Below are positions 11,935 to 23,340 of a DNA stretch of 64,000 nucleotides, piece by piece. The DNA is from Haliotis cracherodii (lineage: Eukaryota). Under the pieces are notes generated by a model. The model searched no databases and was not told where the DNA came from. It saw only the letters and a list, made by a program, of their open reading frames with translations. The stretch covers positions 63,240,001 to 63,304,000 of the forward strand of contig NW_027266308.1 of the NCBI RefSeq assembly GCF_022045235.1, read 5' to 3'. The position numbers were made by a program, and so were the translations under genes. How positions within the stretch are numbered: position 1 is the stretch's first letter; every line of letters starts with the position of its first letter.

Positions 11935-13200
11935 TGCTGGATTGCCTTGGACTGACTGGTGGAGTAACAAGTAAAAAGACAGTCTGGCATTGCAGCCATC
12001 GTGACAACACTTCGCACTGGTTCATTGTCCTGGTGGAGCGACACACCTTTGTGAGTTTGTCGCGTTTAGTCTTGATATTCACACGCAGGTTAACATTATA
12101 TCGGCCATGACCGGTCTGACCTGGGAGATCGTCCACCAGTAGGATTTCTTTGGAATCCCAATAAACCAAAGCCATGACCGCGGCAGCTGATGGAACAGAC
12201 TTCCCCTTCTCCTTCGGAGACGTTAGATGTTTTCACTGTGTTAACTGTTGTTTATACTGTTGTCTTTGGCTGGTAGCAGTGAACGCAATACTCATGCATG
12301 GTCACAAATCGCTGAACAAAATCAGCTGGGTCTGCTTTAAAACCACGTAAATTCTCACGAGATGACAAACCTGGGGCTTTTCTGATCTGGAGTCAGAAGC
12401 CATGGAACACAGCATGCTGAAACCATTGTCATGCACAGTTCATTCCTTTTCAACTGCTTTTAGCGGAGATGTCTTGTGGCTATGGAAAGAGTTTTGTCGC
12501 TTTTATTATTCTGAAAGTTGTCAACTATCCCCTGAGAGATGTTGACTGTATTGTCTATATGGAGTGTGGTAAGTTGTCATTGTCCATATTCATATGTATA
12601 TTATCAACATATACAATAGTGGTGGCAGCTGAGGGTCTTCCTCATCTTGGATCAACGTCGAGGATCTATCTTCCTCTCTTGAACTCTGCCTAGCCACAGT
12701 AGCAAGGGGTGGGGGAGAGAGTGTTGGTTCGTCTCTATACATCGAGTGAGTGATGGTTCATCTCTATACATCGAGTGAGCGTTGTTTCGTCCCTATACAT
12801 CGAGTGAGTGTTGGTTCGTCTCTACACATCGAGTGAGTGTTGGTTCGTCTCTATACATCGAGTGAGTGTTGGTTCGTCTCTATACATCGAGTGTGTGTTG
12901 GTTCGTCTTATACATTGAGTGAGTGTTGTTTCGTCTCAATACATCGAGTGAGTGTTGGTTCGTCTCTATACATCGAGTGAGTGTTGGTTCGTCTCTATAC
13001 ATCGAGTGTGTGTTGGTTCGTCTCTATACATCGGGTGAGTGTTGGTTTGTCTCTATACATCGAGTGAGTGTTGGTTCGTCTCTATACATCGAGTGAGTGT
13101 TGGTTCGTCTCTATACATCGAGTGAGTGTTGGTTCGTCTCTATACATCTAGCAGATCACCATCATACAGCAGCAATTTTCACAGGTGATTTTCAACATAT
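11935..13200 (-). pseudogene. Degenerate mariner (Tc1/mariner superfamily) transposase fossil, interrupted by a minisatellite
   Basis: Frameshifted remnants: AEFKRGR..DPR.GRPS (HTH region), PWLLTPDQK (WVPRLL-like), ADPADF, MALVYWDSKEILLVD, IKTKRDKLTK, HQDN, and a degraded PPVSP (YSPDL-like) motif. Confidence 0.82.
12716..13148. repeat. 29-bp minisatellite, ~15 copies
   Basis: Unit gagtgagtgttggttcgtctctatacatc. Confidence 0.95.
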
Positions 13201-13256
13201 ACTGCTAAAAAGAAGTTAAGGACCAACCAATTCTTTTATATTGATATAGTTAATTT

Positions 13257-13423
13257 GTGAGTGAACGAGTTATATTTAATGCCATTTTTGCAATATGCCA
13301 GCAATATCAAGGCGGGGGACACCAGAAATAGGCTTCACATATTGTATCCATGTGGGGAAATCAAACCTTGGTCTTTGGCATGATGAGCGAACGCTTTAAC
13401 CACTAGGCTACCCCAGTGCCCCC
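13257..13423 (-). mobile_element. SINE family A copy
   Basis: Diverged reverse-complement match to 2912-3082. Confidence 0.85.
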
Positions 13424-14994
13424 AGTTAACCTGTGATGCTATGACAGATTACTATCGCAATATGAAAGAATCAGGTGAGCCTTAAAATCTTTTGAGTAGC
13501 ACAGAATACAAACTACACACATATATAAAAGCTATGAAAATAAGGCTCACATTGTTCACAATAACTAGCATTCATTTTAATTTTCATATTAATTTTTACA
13601 AAATTGTACATAAATGATACATGCTCTTCCACTGACACGTTTCAGTGCATTGAACACTCATTGCATAACACATCTCCAGTAAACTCAACCATTACACAAC
13701 AATTTCATCAATTGTGGAAAGTCGGCCAAAGAAGTCCTTTTCCAACAGATGCATCTTGGCCTCAGTTGACACAAATAAAACATACAACACAGGCTTAATC
13801 CTTTATGTGTAACCTGCACGCGGGTCGTTGTCAGTCTGTTTGTGTGAACAGGCTTTATCCGATATCTTGTTTGGGAACAGATTTTATTTGATATATTGTT
13901 TGTCAATCTGTGTTTGTCAATCAGTATTGGTTTTATCAGTAAGTCACCAGTAAGTTTTGTTGCACGTCTTATCAAAATCTTCCGAAATTTCATCATCAGA
14001 CGCTGCACTGAACTAGTTTTGGTTTCGTAGCTCTTGTAGAATACTGACAACAGACACAAACATACAATGTTTCCTCTATTAATAATAATTGTGTGCAAGC
14101 TGTTGACTCAGCATCTATTAGAGGCCCGGCATTTAGAATGTGGCAACTCACTATCTCACCCAATCCCAAATGTTACAGTCATACCCAAGGATACATTTAC
14201 AGGAAACAGTGATTATACAGTGAAGGGAGTAATCATTACATGCCGTAAGATAATGTGACAGGGACATTTAATTTCATCAAATGATGGACCCAGCCTCTAT
14301 TAGAGGTCTGGCTCCTCGTCACTGGAGAGAGAATGACCCACAGCAACTGGAGGAAATACAGTATCTGCATGTTATTTCAACCTTGACCTTCTCCATCAGC
14401 ACATCCTGATCCGTGTGACGGGCAGAGTGAGCCCATGACTCATGTCTCCCAAGTTCACACAATCACCTCAACACTACTCCAAGATTAGCCAGGCCATTTT
14501 CATACACACAGATCCTCCATGTTTGCGTTCACTCACTCAAACACTTTTGTGTCTGTGTGAAGTAAACATTTGATGAACAGTCATCGATTTATCAAAGAGA
14601 ATTTTTTTATGTCCAGAGTAATATCTAAACAGAAACTAAAGGCAATTATTTCTAATATTGTTTCAGACTATTTAATTGATTTGACCATTTTTTTTACCAA
14701 AATGAAAAAACACTTGTCAATGAACAACATGTTTAAGATATATCGACAGACTTGTTTGCCAAGTGAAACTTATGTTTCACACAATAACTTGCATCCATAA
14801 GTTCCAAGTCAAGTGTGCCTGGGCAGGAGCATCACCTACACGATGTGACTCCTGGAACATCCTCCTGCTCCTAGCGCTCAGAAGCAATACACAGACGTAC
14901 AATCTCTCATCCACTGTTGTCTTTTGAGGGATATGGGTTGGAACATTGGACATAGGACAAGGGTTGGAACATGGGAGTGGACTAGGGCTCGACA

Positions 14995-17900
14995 TCATGA
15001 GGCATCCCCAGCACCGCTGGAATCGGACATCTCCTGCAAGAAGCGGTTACACTTCCCGATGAGGACCTTGATGGACTCCACCACCAGGGCATCCGGGGGC
15101 AACACACCAGTGCTTTCTACACAAACTGCAAACACACAAACCAAACCCTACTGAACCACCAAATATAAAGAGTGGCATACACATCTAAAACTGTTTTTTA
15201 TCATTTTCATAATGGCTAATCATCATCCAGGAAGAAGAAAGGCAGGGATGCTGCAGCTAAATGTGGTGTGAAAATGTCGAAACATCTGATGTATTGACTT
15301 ACAAATGAAGTGATCTCTGACTTTGCTGAGCTGGACATTGTCCTTGAGGTGATCATGTCTGAAGACCTCACGGCTGCCGGTGTCACGACGAGCATGTGCT
15401 ACACGAGCCTTCTTCCTACCTGTGAAAACAAGAATATCTAATGCCAGCAAATCTCAGGTAACACATTAATTCCGAAGTGCAAACGGAACAGCACATCCAA
15501 GATGTCTCCCATTTTGGACCCTGTGTGTTTCAAAATATATCTAATTTTCTTTAGCGTGTAAGTTTTGTTTGTTTGTTGTTTAACGCCGCACTCAGCAATA
15601 TTCCAGCTATATGACGGCGGTCTGTAAATAATCGAGGTGGACCAACAATCCAGTGATTGACATCATGAGCATCAATCCATGCAATAAGGACCGATGACAT
15701 GCATCAACGAAGTCAGTGAGCTTGACCCCACAATCCCATTAGTCGCCTCTTATGACAAGCATTGTGCCTGTTACGACATGCATGGGTTGCTGAAGACTTA
15801 TTCTAACCCGGATATTCACAGGTGTAGTGTGTAAGTAAATGAGTATAATGCCAGTTTGAACCTAGTGGGGATTCTGGGATATAATTGGTCCCTAGCAATC
15901 TATGCTCAAGGTAAGAGGCAACTAAATGAAATAGGAGGTCAGACTCTGTGACTTTGCCGATTGTGTATCCCAACAGTGTGGATTAAGCTCATGATGCCTT
16001 ACACTAGATTGTCTGGTATCATTATTTTCAGGACACCATCAAGTTGTTTGTATACTGCCTAATACTGCATTGAACAACAAACAAACATATGCCCAATTGA
16101 ACAACTGTTCTGTTCTGTTGGCTTAGAATGGAGTGAGTGGGTGAGTGAGAATGTCCTTACACCGCTTTTAGCAATATTCCAACAATATCACGCCCGGGGA
16201 CACCAGAAATGTGGCTTACACATAATACACATTTTGGGAATCAAACCCTGGTCTTTGGTGTGATGAGCAAACACTTTAACTACTGGGCTAGCACTTCTGT
16301 AGCCCCCAGCAGGTGTGACCTACCATGGACATTGTCCACCTCAATGACCCCAGGGGAGAAGCACTTCTGTAGCCCCTAAATGTGACCTACCATGGACATT
16401 GTCCACCTCAATGACCCCCGGGGAGAAGCACTTCTGTAGCCCCCCAGCAAGTGTGACCTACCATGGACATTGTCCACCTCAATGACCCCCGGGCAGAAGC
16501 ACTTCTGTAGTCCCCCTAGCAAATGTGACCTACCATGGACATTGTCCACCTCAATGACCCCCGGGGAGAAGCACTTCTGTAGCCCCTAAATGTGACCTAC
16601 CACGGACATTATCCACCTCAATGACCCCCGGGGAGAAGCACTTCTGTAGCCCCCCAGCAAGTGTGACCTACCATGGACCATTGTCCACCTCAATGACCCC
16701 TGGGGAGAAGCACTTCTGTAGCCCCTAAATGTGACCTACCATGGACATTATCCACCTCAATAACCCCCGGGGAGAGGCACTTCTGTAGCCCCCCAGCAAG
16801 TGTGACCTACCATGGACATTGTCCACCTCAATGACCCCCGGGGAGAAGCACTTCTGTAGCTCTTCAGCAGAATCACCCTCAACAGGATGAGTCAGTCGGA
16901 TCTCTGGCAGGAGGCGGTACGAGGCTGTGGCTGAAGATAAAGAATGTCTTGAAGTGAATTCTGTGAATCCATGTGACAGTCCTTATGGGGACTCAGGGAA
17001 GGTCAGAATAGCTTCCAGCAACCTACGCTGGTTGTAAGAGACAACTTAATGATGATGTGTCATCATACCTCAATGTCATTGGGCATTGCTTAAAACATCA
17101 ATTACTAGTTTGTCTAGTTCGGCATTATTTACAGGTTGCAATCATATAAACTGGAACATTGCTGAGTGAGGCGTTAACCAACAAACAAACAGCATGAAAT
17201 TTTTACAACACAATTTGATAGTTATAATTCCCGACAATGCTATACGGTATACATCGTGGCCATCACATTTTCATTTGGAATACAAGAAGCTGAATAATAC
17301 TCCTTCAAAGTCTGTGAATGGACATGATTACAGGTGTGGTATCATCTACTAACCCACAGGTGAGAACTTGGCATGGTCCTTCCCAATACCCTTCACACAG
17401 TGTAACTTGAGGTCCAGCTCCTGTAAACATCAACACACAGTTACACATTGTCTTGAGGACAATCGCACCTAAACGCTTCTCATCACAACAGAACACAAAG
17501 TGAGTGAGTGAGTTTGATCTTACACCGCTTTTAGCAATATTCCCGCAATATCACAGCGAGGGACACCAGAAATGGGCTTCACACATTGTACCCATGTCGG
17601 GAATCGAACCCGAGTCTTTGGCATGACATGGACGCTTTAACCACTAGGCTACCCGACTGCCCCAGAAGACAAAGAGTGACTGACCCCTGCTGTCTGAGTG
17701 TGTGAGTGAGAGCTACAATTTAATGTCACATCAGCATTCTTTCAGCATATAGCTGTTTGAGACGATGTAAGGAAAGGAGGAACAATGTCAGGCCCGGATC
17801 CTGTTCCACAAAGTGATTGAAGAGTTATGACGTAGTCTCTGTTAAAGTATTGGTGTACGATCGTCTTAGCCCTTCAATCGCTTAGTGGAACAAAGTAATC

Positions 17901-20900
17901 TTCACATTATGATCAGTCTGTGAAGGTTATGCTTAAATCATTTTGTGGAAGAGGGTTAGTGAACAAACGGAAACTTAAAGTCAGATAAAGTCCTTGATTT
18001 TCAAGACACTTTCACAACAGAAAAGTAATTCAGCCTGTCTGAAGACAGATATAAATATTCTCAAATTCAGGCTTGAGTTCAAATTGAAATTGCAAGCAGG
18101 CAATGGAAGAATACTCATATCCCCTGCCGATGGTATGTTGTACTAAGTGCAAGAATAAAAGCCCTTGGGCACAAAAACTCTCTGGGTCTTGTTCTATAAT
18201 CAATACAGCTGAGATATTCCATGCAAAAGATATATTCTTCAAATATCATAAACATCATCAGTTGACCACTCGACTGAGGAAGTACAAATGGTTCAGGATT
18301 ATGCTCTGGAAATAATCCCTACATCGATTGGAATTTGTTGTCGCTGTCTACCCAACTAATTGTCATGGAAACCAAAAATATTAAGAAATTCCTTAATAGC
18401 AGAAGGCACCAGTCAGATGCAGGACTGATATCTGGGCAAAGTTTGGTCAAGAAATCTTAAACAGTCTTTGAATTATGCTCTGGAAACAAAATATGATGGA
18501 AGGAAAGACAGCACTCATTCCTATAACATCACCCTTATCATTCAGTCATCTTTTAGTGTTATTATTCCGTCATCAGGAGTCCCCCCTACACTCACCTGGC
18601 CCGGCCGCAGTTTAGCTATGAGGATATCATCTACCACAGGCTTCAAGTCCCCTGGTTTGAACTGCAAGAACAGGTTAACATTAGTATTACCACAGATCGA
18701 CTTCAGTTTGCATGATACATGAACTGACATTGACCAAACTTTAAAAGATGATACTTGAGGACTTACAATGCTGGTCTGGTCTCCTATAGGCATCCACTTC
18801 ATGAACTCCGTTGTAACTGCAACAGGCAAGTGGGTGAGTTGGGTTTAACGCCGCTTTTAGCATTATTCCAGTTATATCACGGCGTGTCAGCTTAATGTGG
18901 GAGGAAAGCCTGAAGAGATGCAGGTCTCAGACATTTAACACTTCGGTGAAACCCACGAGCATGGGTATGGTACTGACAAACCTAGAAACATAATTGGGGC
19001 AAATCGGGATTTGAATCCACAATCATAGGTGTCTGGCGTGCCCAAGGGACGAAACTCTGCGGCGCCTTAGACGACTGGGCCACCCGTGCCCCCAATGCTG
19101 CTTTGAACGGTATTTCAGTCACATTAGGTGTAATGATGGGGAAAGCCGTGTAAACACAGATCCAAGACATTTACCAACTCTGCCCTTGTTGTTTTACCAA
19201 ATTGTGGATTAAGATTTAACTGAACTCAACAAAGTTGTCTTTTCTTTGATATATTTGATATCAAAAGACACAAGGGTGAGATTCTCTATATGCACTCACA
19301 ACTTGATGATGTCATATATTGGACGACGTTATTTTTGAGAGGGAAGTGTCTGGTAAGTTGTTCCCCAGAGATGTAGCTGGGCTACGCATATAAACCTCAG
19401 TGGCTACCTATCGCATCCAAAAGTGGGAGAGATATGACAATCAGTATTAAGAGAAAAGGTACAGATAATCAACATGAGGATTATGAGAATATGCAGGACA
19501 TACCAAACGTAACCAACCTGTTCATAAAATAGACTTGTCCAACATTGCCGAGCTCGGATTCTAATCAGGTAGTCATCATTTTTTATATACAGGTAAATAT
19601 TTTTAAAGTTTCAAACTTTCAGTAACATCCTTAAAGAGGCTGTACGTAATGTTGATATCTCATATAAAATAAACTCGTAGTCCTTGTTTAACGTACAATA
19701 AAACACTGCTGGGACAATAAATCACTCGGGAATGCGCCTATCACGGTTCATTCACCCTGCTGTGTTTTATGGTACAATAAACAACTCCTACTCGTCGTTT
19801 ATTTCTTAACTAACATGAGCCCACTTGCACAAACAGATCTTACTGCTAAAACCATTGAAACGAACATACTTTAACATACACTTAAAACAGTCTTAGTGCT
19901 AAGATTTCTTTGTGCAAGTAGGCCCAGGTACTTAATGCATGTTTGTCTGCCATGATGTACCCTTGTGGTCCTTGTACATCTCGTCAGGGTCGGTAGCGTC
20001 CTTGCTCTGTGGCTTTCTGGCACACTTGACCTTCAGCTGGAACTCCACTGTGTCCTGGGCTGTGCCCTCCAGCTCACCTGCAACAAACACAGCCATCAAG
20101 GCCTGTCGGTTGCTTTATGCCCGTGGATGGCTGGGTGGGAGGGATGGGAGGATTGATGTTTGAGTGGGTGAGTGAGTGGTGTTTGATGCTGAGCTTGAGC
20201 CACACATTGTTCATAGATGGATCCATAGGGAGGGTCTGGACCCCCCCCCCCCCCACTCCTTCCTTTTTGAAAACCAAATGATGTAGTATGTAGAAAGTAA
20301 AATCATCTGAGAGGATTTTGATATCATGGACCCCTCCCTTTAAAAAAAAGCAGGATCTGTCCTTGTTGTGCTTACTCAAGCAAATATATATTTATGGCAG
20401 CCCATTCTGTCCCAGAATCCAAAAGGGTAGTCAACAATTAGTGGGGGGTAGGGGTGGTCGAGAGCCACTTGATTTGTTTGTTGTTTAACGCCGCACTCAG
20501 CAATATTCCAGCTATATGACAGCGGCCTATAAGTAATCTTGTGATTGATATTGTGAATGCTGCACACCTCAAGGTTCATGCTTTTGTGAACGATGATCAC
20601 ATGGGGGTGCGTGATATTGTGAACGGCCTACGCCTAGGGGAACAATCACATGCTGTCCACCAAGTCACCTGACCATCCGATCCATTGGTCACCTCTTTTG
20701 TTTTTTCTTGTACAACTTGTCAATGTCTCAGAAAGCCCCAGGTACCGAAGGGCACATGCACTGACCTTACCTACATGGTTATACCCACGAGCCCTCATAT
20801 GCCGCTGACAAACCTAGGATCAGTATTGGGCAAATTTGGGATTTGAACCCATAATTAGCACATCCTGGAACCTAAGGGACAGAACTCTGCTGAGAAAGAG

Positions 20901-23180
20901 GCACAGTCTGCACTACACTAGCACTAACACTTGGTACAGCTTTCAACAATAAAGAAACTAAATCTCAAAAAAACACATTTCTTCAAATACATTTATCTTT
21001 CCCCTATGCCTTACCTTCCTGTCGGTATTCGAACAGCCTTGGATCTGCCTGGATGGGGATGAGGCCAAGTCTGTGTGCTAGCACCTCATCTTGGATGATG
21101 GAGGTGTTGTTATACACAAACACCTTCTCTATTGCCATAGTAGGTACCTAGAAAGACAAATATGAAAGGTCTAGAGTCAAAGTCTCCGCACAATATTACT
21201 TGACCCACAAATATTGCCAGTTCATAGAAGAAATGCAACAAATTGAATTTAAGAAGTTGACAATAAAGATGGAGCTAAAAGTACGGTGACCTATTGGGGC
21301 CATTTAACCAACTGCAATAGTACTGCATTACCCCAAAACACTTTTGAGATAAGGATGCAAAAATGGTACAGCTTTTGCAATAGTATTGCGACCCGTAAAG
21401 ATCCGGGTTAAAATTGATCTTCAGCAACTCATGCTGGTCAAGAGAGGCAACTAAGGGGAATCAAGTGGTCAGGCTCGCTGACTTGGTTGATGCATGTCAT
21501 TGTATTCCAGTTGCGTAGATCGATGTTCGTGATGTTAATCACCGGACTGTCTGGCCCAGGCTTGATTATTTAAAGACCACCGTCATATAGTATGAATATT
21601 GCTGACAGCAGCTTTAAAAAACACACAAAAAAAACCAATCAAACATACAATAGTTCTGCGATAGCCTGATAAGCATTCACCATCCAACAACATCGACTTC
21701 CTGTCATTATTCCACCTGATGAAAAAGTCTAAAATATATGTCCAATGTTACATTCAGCAGATTGCTTGGGACATTGTTATGGAATAAGAGGGGTACCTCT
21801 GATCTTTAATGTCTGATATATAATTATGAATTTTTCTGTATTGATGGAACCCATGTGTCTCTTCAAGCATGGTGTATTTGGGATCTGAACATTTTTGTAA
21901 GTGTAGAGTAGCATTATGGAAACTATAAAGAATTCAACTTGTCATTAATCACTGTTAATGTATTGTATTGACCATGAACATTGGTAGTTTGATCAATTGT
22001 CACACAACTTAGTGACTAGCGACGTTATTGTTTGCTTCACAACTTCAACCACTTTCACAACAATACTATACCTCAGCAAGCAAAATTCTTCGGAAGGCAT
22101 TTGCAATGGCAGCATCGATACCAACCATATCAAACTCCAAAACATCCCCTTCCAATTTCACAACATCAATCCGGAATTTCTGTTAACAGATAATATGTTG
22201 ATAACCAGATGACAAGATACTCAGGAGTACTTTATGTAAATGGAAAAGGTAAGGGTATCTTACTGAATGCACAGAATTAATCCACAAATATCCAGTTTAA
22301 ACTTCTCTAAACTATCCTGTACTTTACAGCTAGTATCACTGACAATAAGACTAAAGAACAATTAAAAAGTCAAACAACTTTGTATGTTGAAGGATTTTTA
22401 AGGGACTTAACTGGTTTCATGCTATGTATATTTTTAAATTACCTTTTTAAACTTGCTGTGGCTCCACGTATCATCATAACCTGAATAGTTCCCAGGGAAG
22501 TCAGTGCTGTGTACCTAAAATCAAGAACACAAAAACCTAGATGTTATATCCTCGGACTGACCTGCTCACAATCACAGGCTACACATCAACGTCATGTCCA
22601 GGCCATACAATCTAAACAGGAGTTTGGCCATTGTGGTATCATAAACTGTATAATTGTCAATGTACACGAGAAGCAGGATTTTACCCGACACAGAAATGTG
22701 TGTCCAGAACGCATAAACATATTGAATGGACATAGAATATGATATATGTTGTCCTAAGGGACCCACAATAATATCCACTGTACCAAATGCTTCTAAAGAA
22801 ATATAGAGTTGATGTAATTAAAGTAAGTATTTAATGTTACAGCAATACACTACAGCATTTATTTCCATTACATACATGAACCCCATGTTGCGGGACGAAT
22901 ATGTGCACTCTCAATGATAATATAGAGTTCAGTGATACTTTAACCATCTGACTGCCATAGTACCTCTGCCACATTCAGCGTACAACATGGTACCAGGTCA
23001 AAAAGTGTCTGAAGCGTCAGTTAAATCAACGGTTGTATTCCCTATGCCAAAGACCAAAAACGACACTGACTTCATAAGCAGAATATGTGGGAAGAAAATT
23101 AAAGCAATAATGTAAATTACATTGTCAACACCATGTTCGTTCAACTGAACACGTGTTCGCAATTCATCGATCCTGTCCAT
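14995..23180 (-). CDS. POLR1C: DNA-directed RNA polymerases I and III subunit RPAC1 (AC40), 11 coding exons, 346 aa
   Basis: Exons (minus): 23180-23121, 22514-22443, 22179-22072, 21147-21015, 20077-19961, 18816-18767, 18661-18596, 17420-17354, 16930-16811, 15419-15303, 15125-14995 (TGA). All introns are GT-AG with compatible phases; total 1041 nt. Translation [35 protein letters not shown]...[55 protein letters not shown]...[45 protein letters not shown]...[24 protein letters not shown] matches the AC40 family motifs. Confidence 0.97.
15563..15824 (-). mobile_element. Family C copy (older plus-strand copy follows at ~15865-16086)
   Basis: Reverse-complement match. Confidence 0.85.
16130..16290 (-). 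mobile_element. SINE family A copy, 5' end lost at the exon-derived tandem array
   Basis: Matches family A up to ...tactgggcta, then abuts the array directly. Confidence 0.85.
16291..16860 (-). repeat. Tandem array (8 copies, 67-72 bp) of the POLR1C exon 9 3' end plus its 5' splice site
   Basis: tgtgacctacc recurs at 16314, 16381, 16452, 16524, 16591, 16662, 16730 and 16801; the last copy is the genuine exon 9 donor. Confidence 0.95.
17500..17663 (-). mobile_element. SINE family A copy
   Basis: Full length; TSD-like agaacacaaag / agaagacaaag. Confidence 0.88.
18829..19093 (-). mobile_element. SINE family B copy abutting the POLR1C exon 6 acceptor
   Basis: Full-length copy; its tail ends ~12 nt upstream of the exon. 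Confidence 0.9.
21390..21640 (+). mobile_element. Family C copy (single third hairpin variant)
   Basis: Homologous; lacks the internal hairpin duplication. Confidence 0.85.
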
Positions 23181-23340
23181 GCTGTTGGATGTGCCGTTAG
23201 TGTCAAACAACACTCATAACAATATTTTCATGCTGCAAGCACGTTGTAATGACCGGAAGCGGAAATAAACACGTTCGTGTTCAGTGCGCATGCTCTTTTG
23301 TGGGAGGAGTCACTGCCGGTTACACTATTACACTGTCAAA
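23181..23340. promoter_or_regulatory. Bidirectional promoter shared by POLR1C and AP2S1
   Basis: 160 bp between divergent ATGs; tandem ETS/GABP-type CCGGAAGCGGAAAT at 23253-23266 and NRF1-like TGCGCATGCTC at 23285-23295. Confidence 0.8.
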
